Positions 38,205-46,691 of a stretch of DNA of 64,000 bases are shown in pieces (position 1 is the stretch's first letter; every line of letters begins with the position of its first letter). The position numbers and the translations under genes are program-made. Location of the stretch: contig CAWFDF010000003.1 in NCBI GenBank assembly GCA_963814585.1, positions 384,001 to 448,000 on the forward strand. The letters are read 5' to 3'. The notes beneath the pieces were generated by a model. That model did no database searches and was not told where the DNA came from. It worked only from the letters and a program-made list of their open reading frames with translations. This stretch comes from an uncultured delta proteobacterium. Lineage in GTDB: Bacteria > Myxococcota > Myxococcia > Myxococcales > Anaeromyxobacteraceae.

Positions 38205-39446
38205 CTAGAACTTGACCTGGGCCTGGGCGAGCCAGGAGTCGGCGTTGGGATCCGCCGGCGCCGTCGGACCCTTCTCGCCGTTCATGGGGTGGTACCAGGC
38301 CACCGAGAACTTCATGTTCCCGCCGATGAAGGTGTGGACCGCCACCTGGAGCTCCTCCTGGACCTTCACGGCGGTGGGGCTGGCCGCGAAGTCCACGGTG
38401 TGGTCGGGCCGGTACTGCTCGTACTTGACGGCGAGCTGGTTCCAGGGGCCCACGTTCTGCAGGCCGATGAGGTACCACCCGGAGCCGGTGGGGACCGGCG
38501 CCGCCGAGGTCAGGCCCGGCAGGTTGCCGCCCGCGCCCAGGTCGCTGTTGGCAGTCCCGATGGTGGTCTGGCCCCACATGTACTCGCCCTTGAGGGCGGT
38601 GCCGCCGAGGGGGAGCAGGTCGAGGAACAGCTGCGCGTCCACCGCCACGCGGGTGCGCGGGTACTCCTTGTCGTCGGCGCGGGCGTAGTTGATGGTCTTG
38701 CCGTACCAGCCGGAGGCACCGGCGGTCACCACGCCCAGGTCGACCCAGGCGCGGCCGATGACGTCCTTGAGCTGGTCGTTGTCCTTCCCGGTCTGGCCGG
38801 AGTTGATGCCGTTGCCGTTGAAGAGGCCGACCTTGAAGTTGACCAGCGAGAGCTTGCCGCGCAGGGCCACGCCCAGGTCGTACTCGCCCAGCAGGAAGGC
38901 GCGGGTGACGCGGGCCCGCGCCAGGGTGTCGAGGTCCGAGGAGGAGCGGGTGAAGACCTCGTAGCCGAAGGGCATGAGCTGGAGACCGGCGTCGAGCGCC
39001 AGTCCGTAGGGGAGCTTGAGGCTGACGTAGGCCTCCTTGATGCCGACCAGCGTCGGCACCACGTCGATCTGCAGGGTGTACTGCGACCAGTCGGCGTCGT
39101 AGGCCACCTTGAAGCGGCCGCGGGCGACGGTGAAGTTCTGCCCCGCCGGCGTGGTGGGCGGGGTGGCGGCGGCCGAGCCGTTGTAGCGCACCGCCTCCTG
39201 CCAGACGTAGAGGGCCTGGATGTAGCCGGAGAGCTTGAGCCTCTTCATGCTGGCCACGTCGGCCCTGGTCTCGGCGAACTGCTCGGCCAGCGCCTCGAGC
39301 TTCCCCTCCAGGACCGCCGGATCGGCGGCGGGAGCGGAGGTCGAGGGCGCGGAAGAGGCGGGAGCGGAGGACGTGGCCTCCTGGGCGAGGGCGACCGCGG
39401 GCGCGAGGGCCACGGCGGCGAGGACGGCGACGGTGCGTCGGAACAT
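38205..39446 (-). CDS. Phosphate-selective-type porin within the pho/pst cluster
   Basis: Start MFRRTVAV; signal peptide, coiled coil, KLSGYIQ, MPFGYE, GLFNGNG, DNDQLKD; C-terminal QAQVKF. Confidence 0.85.
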   Translation of the reverse strand: MFRRTVAVLAAVALAPAVALAQEATSSAPASSAPSTSAPAADPAVLEGKLEALAEQFAETRADVASMKRLKLSGYIQALYVWQEAVRYNGSAAATPPTTPAGQNFTVARGRFKVAYDADWSQYTLQIDVVPTLVGIKEAYVSLKLPYGLALDAGLQLMPFGYEVFTRSSSDLDTLARARVTRAFLLGEYDLGVALRGKLSLVNFKVGLFNGNGINSGQTGKDNDQLKDVIGRAWVDLGVVTAGASGWYGKTINYARADDKEYPRTRVAVDAQLFLDLLPLGGTALKGEYMWGQTTIGTANSDLGAGGNLPGLTSAAPVPTGSGWYLIGLQNVGPWNQLAVKYEQYRPDHTVDFAASPTAVKVQEELQVAVHTFIGGNMKFSVAWYHPMNGEKGPTAPADPNADSWLAQAQVKF

Positions 39447-39538
39447 GTGAACGACCCCTTGGAGAGAGAAGCCGACCTGTGCTGGCTCGGTGCGGGGTGG
39501 TTCTAGGTCCGCCGCGTGGCGGCGCCGGGGCGAGCGCG

Positions 39539-39563
39539 GTGACGGATCGGTGAGGTCGTCACC
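39539..39563 (-). promoter_or_regulatory. Composite Pho box upstream of the porin
   Basis: Minus strand GGTGACGACCTCACCGATCCGTCAC. Confidence 0.6.
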
Positions 39564-39637
39564 GGTGCGGCGGGCCCGGTACGGCGCCCTGGCCGGACTC
39601 GCCCCATCACGGCCGGGATCGAGCCGGGCGGGCGGTG

Positions 39638-40789
39638 CTACCCGGCGCCGTCGCGGGAGGCGGCCGGGAGGCGCACCGTGAAGCAGGTGCCGCTGGCGCC
39701 GCTCTCGACGCCAATCTCGCCGTGCATCCCCTGCACGAGGTGCTTGGCGATGGCCAGGCCGAGCCCGGTCCCGCCGGCCTCGCGGGCCCGGCCCGGATCG
39801 ATCCGGTAGAAGCGCTCGAAGAGCCGCGCCAGGTGGTGCGGCTCGATGCCAGGGCCGGTGTCGGTGACCGTGAGCAGCGCGTCCTCGCCGCGCGCCACGG
39901 CCCGCAGCGCGACCGAGCCGCTCGGCGTGTACTTGATGGCGTTGTCGACGAGGTTGACCACCACCTGCTCCAGCGCCCGCCCGTCGGCCATGGCCAGCAG
40001 CCCCTCGGGGATCTCCACCCGCAGCTCCAGGCCCTTCCTGCGAGCCGGCGGGCCGTGGAGCTCGAGCACCTGCCGGCCCAGGCCGGACAGCTCCACCGGC
40101 GCCACCTCGAAGCGCCACTGGCGCGACTCCAGCCGGGAGAGATCGAGCAGGTCCTGGGTGAGGCGGGAGAGCCGCTCCGCCTGCCGGTGGACGATCTCGA
40201 CGAAGTGGCGCGCCGACTCCGGCTGGTCCAGGGCGCCGGCCAGCAGCGTCTCGGCCGCGCCCCGGATGGCGGCCACCGGCGTGCGCAGCTCGTGGGAGGC
40301 GTTGGCCACGAAGTCGCGCCGGGTGGCGGCGGCGCGCCGCTCCTCGGTCACGTCGCGCGCCAGGCACAGCACCTCGCCCCGCAGGAGCGGCGTCAGCTGC
40401 ACCGAGAGGGCGCGGTGATGGAGCTCCAGCTCCAGCCGGCGCGCCGACCCCTCCAGCGCCCGGCGCACCGCCTCGGCCAGCTCCCCGCTCCTGGTCACCT
40501 CCAGCGCGGTGAGCCCGGCGGCCCGCCCGCCGGCCGAGAGCGCGTCGAAGGCGGCGTTGCAGACCCGCACCCGCCCGTCGACCGCCACCACGGCCGCCGC
40601 GTCGGGCAGCGAGGCCAGCAGCTCCTGCTCGGCGGGGTCGCGCACGGTGGCGAAGCGGCGCAGCTCCCGCTGCAGCAGCAGGCTTCCCAGCTCCGCCACC
40701 TCCTGGCCGAGATCGGCGTGAGGCCCGCCCCCCAGCTCGGCGCGCAGCGCCCGGATGGCGGCGAAGAGCGGCGTCCGTCCCAGGGCCAT
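39638..40789 (-). CDS. phoR: PhoR-like PAS sensor histidine kinase with no obvious TM helix
   Basis: RRDFVANASHELRTP, NLVDNAIKY, DTGPGI, FERFYR, GGTGLGLAI. Confidence 0.9.
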   Translation of the reverse strand: MALGRTPLFAAIRALRAELGGGPHADLGQEVAELGSLLLQRELRRFATVRDPAEQELLASLPDAAAVVAVDGRVRVCNAAFDALSAGGRAAGLTALEVTRSGELAEAVRRALEGSARRLELELHHRALSVQLTPLLRGEVLCLARDVTEERRAAATRRDFVANASHELRTPVAAIRGAAETLLAGALDQPESARHFVEIVHRQAERLSRLTQDLLDLSRLESRQWRFEVAPVELSGLGRQVLELHGPPARRKGLELRVEIPEGLLAMADGRALEQVVVNLVDNAIKYTPSGSVALRAVARGEDALLTVTDTGPGIEPHHLARLFERFYRIDPGRAREAGGTGLGLAIAKHLVQGMHGEIGVESGASGTCFTVRLPAASRDGAG

Positions 40790-40794
40790 GGTGG

Positions 40795-41493
40795 CTAGCC
40801 CCCCTGGTCGGCCGGATCGACCATGCGGTAGCCGATGCCACGCACCGTCTCCAGCAGGTCTCGCCCCACGCCCAGCTTCTCGCGCAGCCGCTTCACGTGC
40901 GTGTCGACGGTCCGCGTCTCCACGTCGGGCGACATCTCCCAGACGTCCTCGAGCAGCTGCTCGCGCGACTGCACCCGCCCCAGCCGCGACATGAAGGTGG
41001 TGAGGAGCCGGAACTCGAGCGGCGTCAGGTCCATCTCGACGCCGTCGGCGAAGGCGCGGTGGGCCTCGACGTCCACGCGGATGGGGCCGACCCGCTCGCG
41101 CGGCGGCTCGGTGGCCCGCCCGGCGCCGGCCCGGCGCAGCACCGCCTTGAGCCGCAGCACCAGCTCCCGGACGCTGAAGGGCTTGGTGACGTAGTCGTCC
41201 GCCCCGAGCTCGAAGCCGACCACGCGGTCGACCTCCTCGCCCTTGGCGGTGAGCATCACCACCGGCACGTGGCGGGTCCGCGGGTCGGCCTTGATGCGCC
41301 GGCAGACCTCCGTGCCGGGGAGATCCGGCAGCATCAGGTCGAGCAGCACCAGGTCCGGGACGCGCCGCCTCAGCGCCAGCAGCGCCTCCTCGCCCCGGGT
41401 GGCCAGGATGGTCTCGAACCCGGCCGCGCGCAGGTTGAAGTCCAGGACCGAGAGCAGGTCGCGCTCGTCGTCGCAGAGGAGGACCGTGGTCAC
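40795..41493 (-). CDS. phoB: Response regulator PhoB (OmpR family)
   Basis: LLDLMLP, MLTAKGEE, GADDYVTKPFS, TRTVDTHVKRLR; sits with phoR and pst. Confidence 0.92.
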   Translation of the reverse strand: MTTVLLCDDERDLLSVLDFNLRAAGFETILATRGEEALLALRRRVPDLVLLDLMLPDLPGTEVCRRIKADPRTRHVPVVMLTAKGEEVDRVVGFELGADDYVTKPFSVRELVLRLKAVLRRAGAGRATEPPRERVGPIRVDVEAHRAFADGVEMDLTPLEFRLLTTFMSRLGRVQSREQLLEDVWEMSPDVETRTVDTHVKRLREKLGVGRDLLETVRGIGYRMVDPADQGG

Positions 41494-41515
41494 GCGCGGA
41501 TCACCTCATCTCAGC

Positions 41516-41562
41516 GTGACAGGACCGTGGCTGCCGTGCAACGGAACGGTGACGTCGTCACC
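41516..41562 (-). promoter_or_regulatory. Composite Pho box array upstream of phoB
   Basis: Plus-strand pentamers GTGAC/GTGGC/GCAAC/GTGAC at 41516, 41527, 41538 and 41549 (11-bp period), then an inverted GTCAC at 41557. Confidence 0.65.
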
Positions 41563-41620
41563 CGGGGAGCCCCGCCGGGGATCCGCCCCCGTCCCCGCTC
41601 CGGGGTACGATGAAAGAGCC

Positions 41621-42688
41621 ATGCACCTCCCCGCGCCCATGCTCGCCTCCTCCCTGGCCCTGCTGGCGGCCTGCGCCGGTGCCCGTCCCGCGCCCACCGA
41701 GCAGACCACGGTGCCCGCCGTGCTCAGGGCCGCCGAGCTGGCGCGGGTGCGCTGCCTGCTCCTCGCTCCCATCGAGAGCGCGGCCGACGCGCCGCTGGCC
41801 GCCGGCGCCGCCACCCGGGCCCTGGAGGCGAGCATCGACCGCGCCCGCACCCAGGCCCTCCCGGTGGCCGAGCTTCGCGCCCTGCTGGCCGGCACGCCGC
41901 TCGAGCTGTCGGAGGGCGTCTCGGGAGGAACGGCCCTGGAGCTGGCCGAGCTGCTGGGGGCCGACGGCGCCCTCTATGGAGCCGTCGAGGGGCGAAGCCG
42001 CGGCCGCGAGCCGGGGATGGTGGTGACGCTGCGGCTCCTGCTGGCGGGGAGCCGGGAGCTGGTCTTCGCCGGCACCGTGCTGGTGGTGCCGTCGCCGGAC
42101 GAGCCGCTCGACGCCGCCGTTCGGCGGAGCGTGGTCGAGCTGGCGCGCCCGGCGCTCGACCGCCTGGGCGCTCCCGGATCGCGCACCTGCTTCGACCAGG
42201 GCCGGCGCGACGCGCTCCGCGCCGCGGCCGTCGCCCTGGAGGCCGCCTGGGGCGCCGCCGCCGGCGCCTCGGCCGACGAGGCCTCCCCCTCGGCCGGACC
42301 GGGGGCGCTCCGCACCCCGCGCCAGCGCGACTGGGCGCTCCGGCTCGGCGCGCAGGGCCGGGTGATCCTGCAGGACGTGCGCTTCGCCGAGCGCTCCGCC
42401 GAGCTCGTCCGCGACGCCGGCCTGGCCGACCTGGCGCAGGTGCTGGCCGCGACCCCGGCGCTCACCGTCCGCCTGGTCGGCTACGTCGACGCCTCGGGAG
42501 ATCCGGCCGCCGACGGCCGCCTCTCGCTGGCCATGGCGCAGGCCGCGGCCCGGCGGCTCACCGAGCTGGGCGTCGAGGCGGCGCGGATCGGCGTGGCGGG
42601 CCGGGGTGGTGAGAGCCCGCTGGTTCCCAACTTCACGGCGCGCGGGCGGGCCGCCAACCGCCGCGTCGAGGCGAGCGCCCCCCGGTGA
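41621..42688 (+). CDS. OmpA-family lipoprotein
   Basis: LLAAC lipobox; C-terminal VRLVGYVD..LSLAMA..GRGGESPL..GRAANRRVE. Confidence 0.8.
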   Translation: MHLPAPMLASSLALLAACAGARPAPTEQTTVPAVLRAAELARVRCLLLAPIESAADAPLAAGAATRALEASIDRARTQALPVAELRALLAGTPLELSEGVSGGTALELAELLGADGALYGAVEGRSRGREPGMVVTLRLLLAGSRELVFAGTVLVVPSPDEPLDAAVRRSVVELARPALDRLGAPGSRTCFDQGRRDALRAAAVALEAAWGAAAGASADEASPSAGPGALRTPRQRDWALRLGAQGRVILQDVRFAERSAELVRDAGLADLAQVLAATPALTVRLVGYVDASGDPAADGRLSLAMAQAAARRLTELGVEAARIGVAGRGGESPLVPNFTARGRAANRRVEASAPR

Positions 42689-43653
42689 GCGCCGTGGAGA
42701 TCCCCACCTCGAAGCTGGACACGCCCACCGACGGTCCCGCCCGGGAGGCCGTCCTGGCCGGCACCGAGCAGCCTGGCACCCTCGGGGCGCTCTCCCGCGC
42801 CGGCGTGGTGCTCATCTCCATCGGGCTCATCCTCTGCATCGCCGTGGGTGACGTCCTCACCGGTCCGGACGTCAACTTCACCCTGCTCTACCTCGCTCCC
42901 ATCGCCTTCGGGGCCTGGCTCGGCTCGACGCCCTGGGGCTTCGCGCTCTCGGCGCTGGCCTCGGTGGTCTCCAGCGCCGCCGACCTCTACGCCCGGCAGG
43001 GCACGCCGCTCCCCGGCGGGGTCCTGGCCTGGAACCTGGTGGTCCAGCTGGGCGTCTTCGTGGCGCTGGTGCTGCTGGTCACCGGGCTGCGCGATCGGCT
43101 CGAGCTGGAGCAGCAGATGGCCCGCACCGACCCGCTCACCGGCCTGCCCAACCGGCGGGCCTTCGGCGAGGTGGTCGCGCTCGAGCTGGAGCGGGCCCGG
43201 CGCAACGGCCGCCCGCTCTCCTTCGCCTACCTCGACTGCGACGGCTTCAAGTTCGTCAACGACACCCTGGGCCACCGCGAGGGCGACGCGCTGCTGGTGG
43301 TGGTGGCCCAGACCCTGCGCGCCTCGACGCGCGCCATCGACGCCCTGGCGCGGCTGGGCGGCGACGAGTTCGGCCTGCTCATGCACGAGACCGACGCGGC
43401 GGCGGCCCTGGCGCTGCTGGCGCGGGTCCGGATCAACCTGCTGGCGGCGGTCGAGCGGCGTGGCTGGCGCGTCGGCTTCTCCATCGGCCTGGCCACCTTC
43501 GTCGAGGCGCCCGCCCACTTCGACGACCTGCTGGCCCGGGGCGACGAGCTGATGTACGAGGCCAAGCGGACCGTCCGTGGCTCGATCCGCGCCGCTTCCT
43601 TCGGGGTCCGACCGGCCGGCGCCCCACCGCCCCCCCCCGGCCGGGAGGCCTGA
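42685..43653 (+). CDS. Membrane-bound diguanylate cyclase (GGDEF)
   Basis: About four TMs; ARTDPLTGLPNRR, FKFVNDTLGH, RAID I-site, RLGGDEF, MYEAK. Confidence 0.92.
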   Translation: MSAVEIPTSKLDTPTDGPAREAVLAGTEQPGTLGALSRAGVVLISIGLILCIAVGDVLTGPDVNFTLLYLAPIAFGAWLGSTPWGFALSALASVVSSAADLYARQGTPLPGGVLAWNLVVQLGVFVALVLLVTGLRDRLELEQQMARTDPLTGLPNRRAFGEVVALELERARRNGRPLSFAYLDCDGFKFVNDTLGHREGDALLVVVAQTLRASTRAIDALARLGGDEFGLLMHETDAAAALALLARVRINLLAAVERRGWRVGFSIGLATFVEAPAHFDDLLARGDELMYEAKRTVRGSIRAASFGVRPAGAPPPPPGREA

Positions 43654-44816
43654 TGCGGTTCTTCGCCACCTGCAGCAAGGGGACCGAGGGGGCGCTGCGC
43701 CAGGAGCTGGCGGCGCTCAGGCTGCCGGCGGTGCGCGGCGGGCGGGGCGGGGTCCACTTCGAGGGCCGCCTCGAGCACGGCGCCAAGGCCTGCCTCCACT
43801 CGCGCACCGCCATGCGGGTGCTGCTGGAGCTGTCCGCCTTCCCGGTGGACGGCGCCGACGCCCTCTACGAGGGGGCCCGCCGCATCGACTGGACCCCCTG
43901 GCTCACCGAGAAGACCACGCTGGCGGTGGAGGCCACCGGGGTGGCGCCGGGCGTCACCCACACCGGCTTCGCCGCGCTCAAGGTCAAGGACGGCGTGGTG
44001 GACATGCTGCGCGACAGGCTGGGGGCCCGGCCGGACGTCGACACCCGGAGCCCCGACGTCCCCATCGTCCTCCACCTCGACGGCGGGCAGGCCACGCTCT
44101 CGCTCGATCTGGCCGGCGAGCCGCTGCACCGGCGGGGCTGGCGCACCACCACCAGCGTCGCGCCGCTCAAGGAGACGCTGGCGGCGGCGGTGCTGCTGCT
44201 CGGGCGGGTCGACCCCGCGCTGCCGTTCGTGGACCCGCTCTGCGGCTCGGGGACGCTGGCCATCGAGCAGGCGCTGCGGGCGCGCCACGTCGCTCCGGGC
44301 CTCGATCGGTCCTTCGCCTTCCAGCGCTGGGCCTGCTACCGCGACGAGCTGCAGTCGCGCTGGGACAAGCTGCGGGGGCAGGCTCGCGCCGCGGCGCTGC
44401 CGTCGGCGCCGGCCCCCATCTTCGCCTCCGACTTCCACCCCAAGGCCATCGACGCCTGCCGGCGAAACGCCCACCTGGCCGGAGTCTCCGGCGACGTGGT
44501 GATCGAGCAGGCCAACGTTCGCGACCTCCAGCCTCGCGGCGAGCGCGGCACCCTCTGCATGAACCCGCCCTACGGCGAGCGGCTCATCGCCGAGGAGATC
44601 GGCCCCGAGGCCCGCTCGGCGGCGCGGACGCAGGAGCGGAAGCTGGCCGGCTTCTACCGGCTCCTGGGCGAGCTGCTGGAGCGCCACGCCGGCTGGAGCG
44701 CGGTGCTGCTCTCCGGCAACCCGCTGCTGCAGGAGACGCTGGGTCGCAAGGCCGAGATCGACCACCGGCTCTGGAACGGGCCGCTGGAGATCCACCTGCT
44801 GCGGTACCGGCTCTGA
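43653..44816 (+). CDS. THUMP-domain RNA methyltransferase (RlmL-like)
   Basis: FFATCSKGTE, ALKVKDGVVD, PLHRRGWR, APLKETLAAA, DPLCGSGT, NPPYGERL. Confidence 0.9.
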   Translation: MRFFATCSKGTEGALRQELAALRLPAVRGGRGGVHFEGRLEHGAKACLHSRTAMRVLLELSAFPVDGADALYEGARRIDWTPWLTEKTTLAVEATGVAPGVTHTGFAALKVKDGVVDMLRDRLGARPDVDTRSPDVPIVLHLDGGQATLSLDLAGEPLHRRGWRTTTSVAPLKETLAAAVLLLGRVDPALPFVDPLCGSGTLAIEQALRARHVAPGLDRSFAFQRWACYRDELQSRWDKLRGQARAAALPSAPAPIFASDFHPKAIDACRRNAHLAGVSGDVVIEQANVRDLQPRGERGTLCMNPPYGERLIAEEIGPEARSAARTQERKLAGFYRLLGELLERHAGWSAVLLSGNPLLQETLGRKAEIDHRLWNGPLEIHLLRYRL

Positions 44817-44883
44817 CGGGGCCTTCGCCTGGCCCGGGGCCCGGCCGCGGCGCCCGCTGGCGGCCAGGCCAGGTGCGGCGGCC

Positions 44884-46188
44884 TCACCTCGTGCCGAGCT
44901 CGTCCCGCAGCGAGCGCGCCGTCCTGAGCATGCGGTCGGGCCGGACCGCCTCGGGCAGCCCCTCGCCGTGGCGGATGGCCTCCTCGACCGCGGCCCTGGC
45001 CCCGGCGCCGTCGCCGGCGGCGCGCAGGGCCCGGGCCTGGACCACCAGCACGTTCACCTTTCGCGGACCCTCGGCCAGCGCCGCCGCCGCCCTGGCCTGG
45101 GCCGCGGCCTCCCGGGGACGGCCGGCCTCGAGGTAGCCCCGTGCCAGGTAGGCGAGCGCGAAGTACTCGCCGGGCAGCGCCCGGGCCGAGGCCTCCAGCG
45201 CCGGGATCACCCGGGGCACGTCGCCCAGGGCCATGGCCGCGGTGAGCCTGGCCCCGTCGAAGGCGGAGCGGGCCAGCGGCGTGTCGGAGCGCGAGGACTC
45301 GGCCTCGATCCAGCCGAGCCACTCGGCCGCCACGGCCCTGGCGCCCCTGGGGTCCTCGCTGGCCTTCCGGGCCCCCAGCAGGGCGTCGTAGAGCCCGCTG
45401 CGGTCGTCGGCCAGGACCCCCGGGAACACCAGCGCGCTCCTCGCCGCCGGCTCCAGCACCGCGATGGCCTCGGCCCGCGCCGACGACGACTCCAGCGAGG
45501 TGGCGCAGCTCAGCCCCACCGCCGCCACCCGGGCCGCTGCCGAGCCGGGCGCGAGCGTGGGCAGCAGCGCGCGCGCCGCGTCGGCGCAGGGTGCCGGATC
45601 ATCACCCAGCGAGAGCGCCTGGAGCAGGGCGTCGGCCGCGGCCGGCCGGCCCGGCCACCGGGCCCCGCCGGCGGCCACGGCCTCCCGGAAGGCGACGGCC
45701 GCCTCGGCGTGCTTCCGGGCCGCGGCCAGCGAGGCGCCGCGGGCCATGGCCGCGCCGGCCACGTCGGTCTCCTCGCGCCGCAGCGTCCGGGCGGCGCCGA
45801 GCAGCAGCCTCTCGAGCTCCTCGGCGGAGGCCGTCCCCATCCAGCGAAGCGCCACCTGCTCGGTGACCGGCTCGATGACCAGGATGGTGGGCCAGGCCTC
45901 GATGGGGAACCGCTCCACGAAGGCGAAGTTGCGGGGCCTCTCGGTGTCGATGTCGAGCCAGGCAAACTGCCCGGCCAGCTTCAGCAGGCGCGCGTCGGTG
46001 AGGACGTTGGCCCGCATGAAGCGGCAGGTGGGTCACCAGGGGGCCCAGACGTCCACCACCAGCGGCACGTTGCGGGCCCGCGCGTCGGCCAGGGCCCTGA
46101 GGTAGTCGTCGGCGACGAATGGGAGCGAACCGGCGGCACCGACCGGAGCGGCGGCCGCGAGGGCGAGGGCCACGAGGAGCGAGCGCAT
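44884..46188 (-). CDS. Secreted thioredoxin-like + TPR protein with in-frame TGA at codon 52 (candidate selenoprotein, UxxC)
   Basis: ATG 46188: MRSLLVALALAAAAPVGAAGSLPFVADDYLRALADARARNVPLVVDVWAPW-TGA-PTCRFMRANV..., in frame with track ORF 44884-46017, which has the cis-Pro motif FPIEAWPTILV and helical repeats. Confidence 0.8.
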
Positions 46189-46219
46189 GACGGGAGTCTA
46201 ACCAGCGGCGGAGCCTGGC

Positions 46220-46690
46220 TCACCCTTTCCGCTTCATCGACAGGCCGAGCGTGAAGCGGGCCACCGGCTCGTCGCCGTACCGGTCGGGCACGGTGCAGGC
46301 GACGTGGACCGGCATGGTGATGCGCACGCCGGTCTGGTCGGCCTGCCTCACCGCGGCCGCCACCTCCTCGCCCTGCTCGCAGGAGAAGTGGACGTCGCCG
46401 TCGGCCCGCTTGAGGAACGCCCCCTGGACGTCGGCGAAGACGATGACCACCTTGGGATGGCCGGCCCGGATGGCCCGGAAGGCCGGCAGGCCTCCGGCCA
46501 GGTCGGCCCCGGCGCAGAGGGCGCCGAAGTACATCGACCCGACGTGGTTCCTGGACCGCCAGCCGAAGGGGATCTCCACGGTGCACCCGGTCTCGTCGAG
46601 CCGCAGCACGCGGGGGCCGAGGAAGAGCAGCAGCGGGATCTTGAGCCCGAGCATCCGGAGCTGGGCGGTTTCCTTGAGGAGCACGGTCAC
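46220..46690 (-). CDS. Hotdog-fold / PaaI-like thioesterase (DUF4442-like)
   Basis: SRNHVGSMYFGALCAGAD, FLKRADGDV. Confidence 0.8.
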   Translation of the reverse strand: MTVLLKETAQLRMLGLKIPLLLFLGPRVLRLDETGCTVEIPFGWRSRNHVGSMYFGALCAGADLAGGLPAFRAIRAGHPKVVIVFADVQGAFLKRADGDVHFSCEQGEEVAAAVRQADQTGVRITMPVHVACTVPDRYGDEPVARFTLGLSMKRKG

Positions 46691-46691
46691 C

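Noticed and set aside
39447..40841. 878-aa ORF suggesting a large porin fusion
   Set aside because: The N-terminal part is an off-frame overlap of phoR. The porin starts at 39446 with its own signal peptide.
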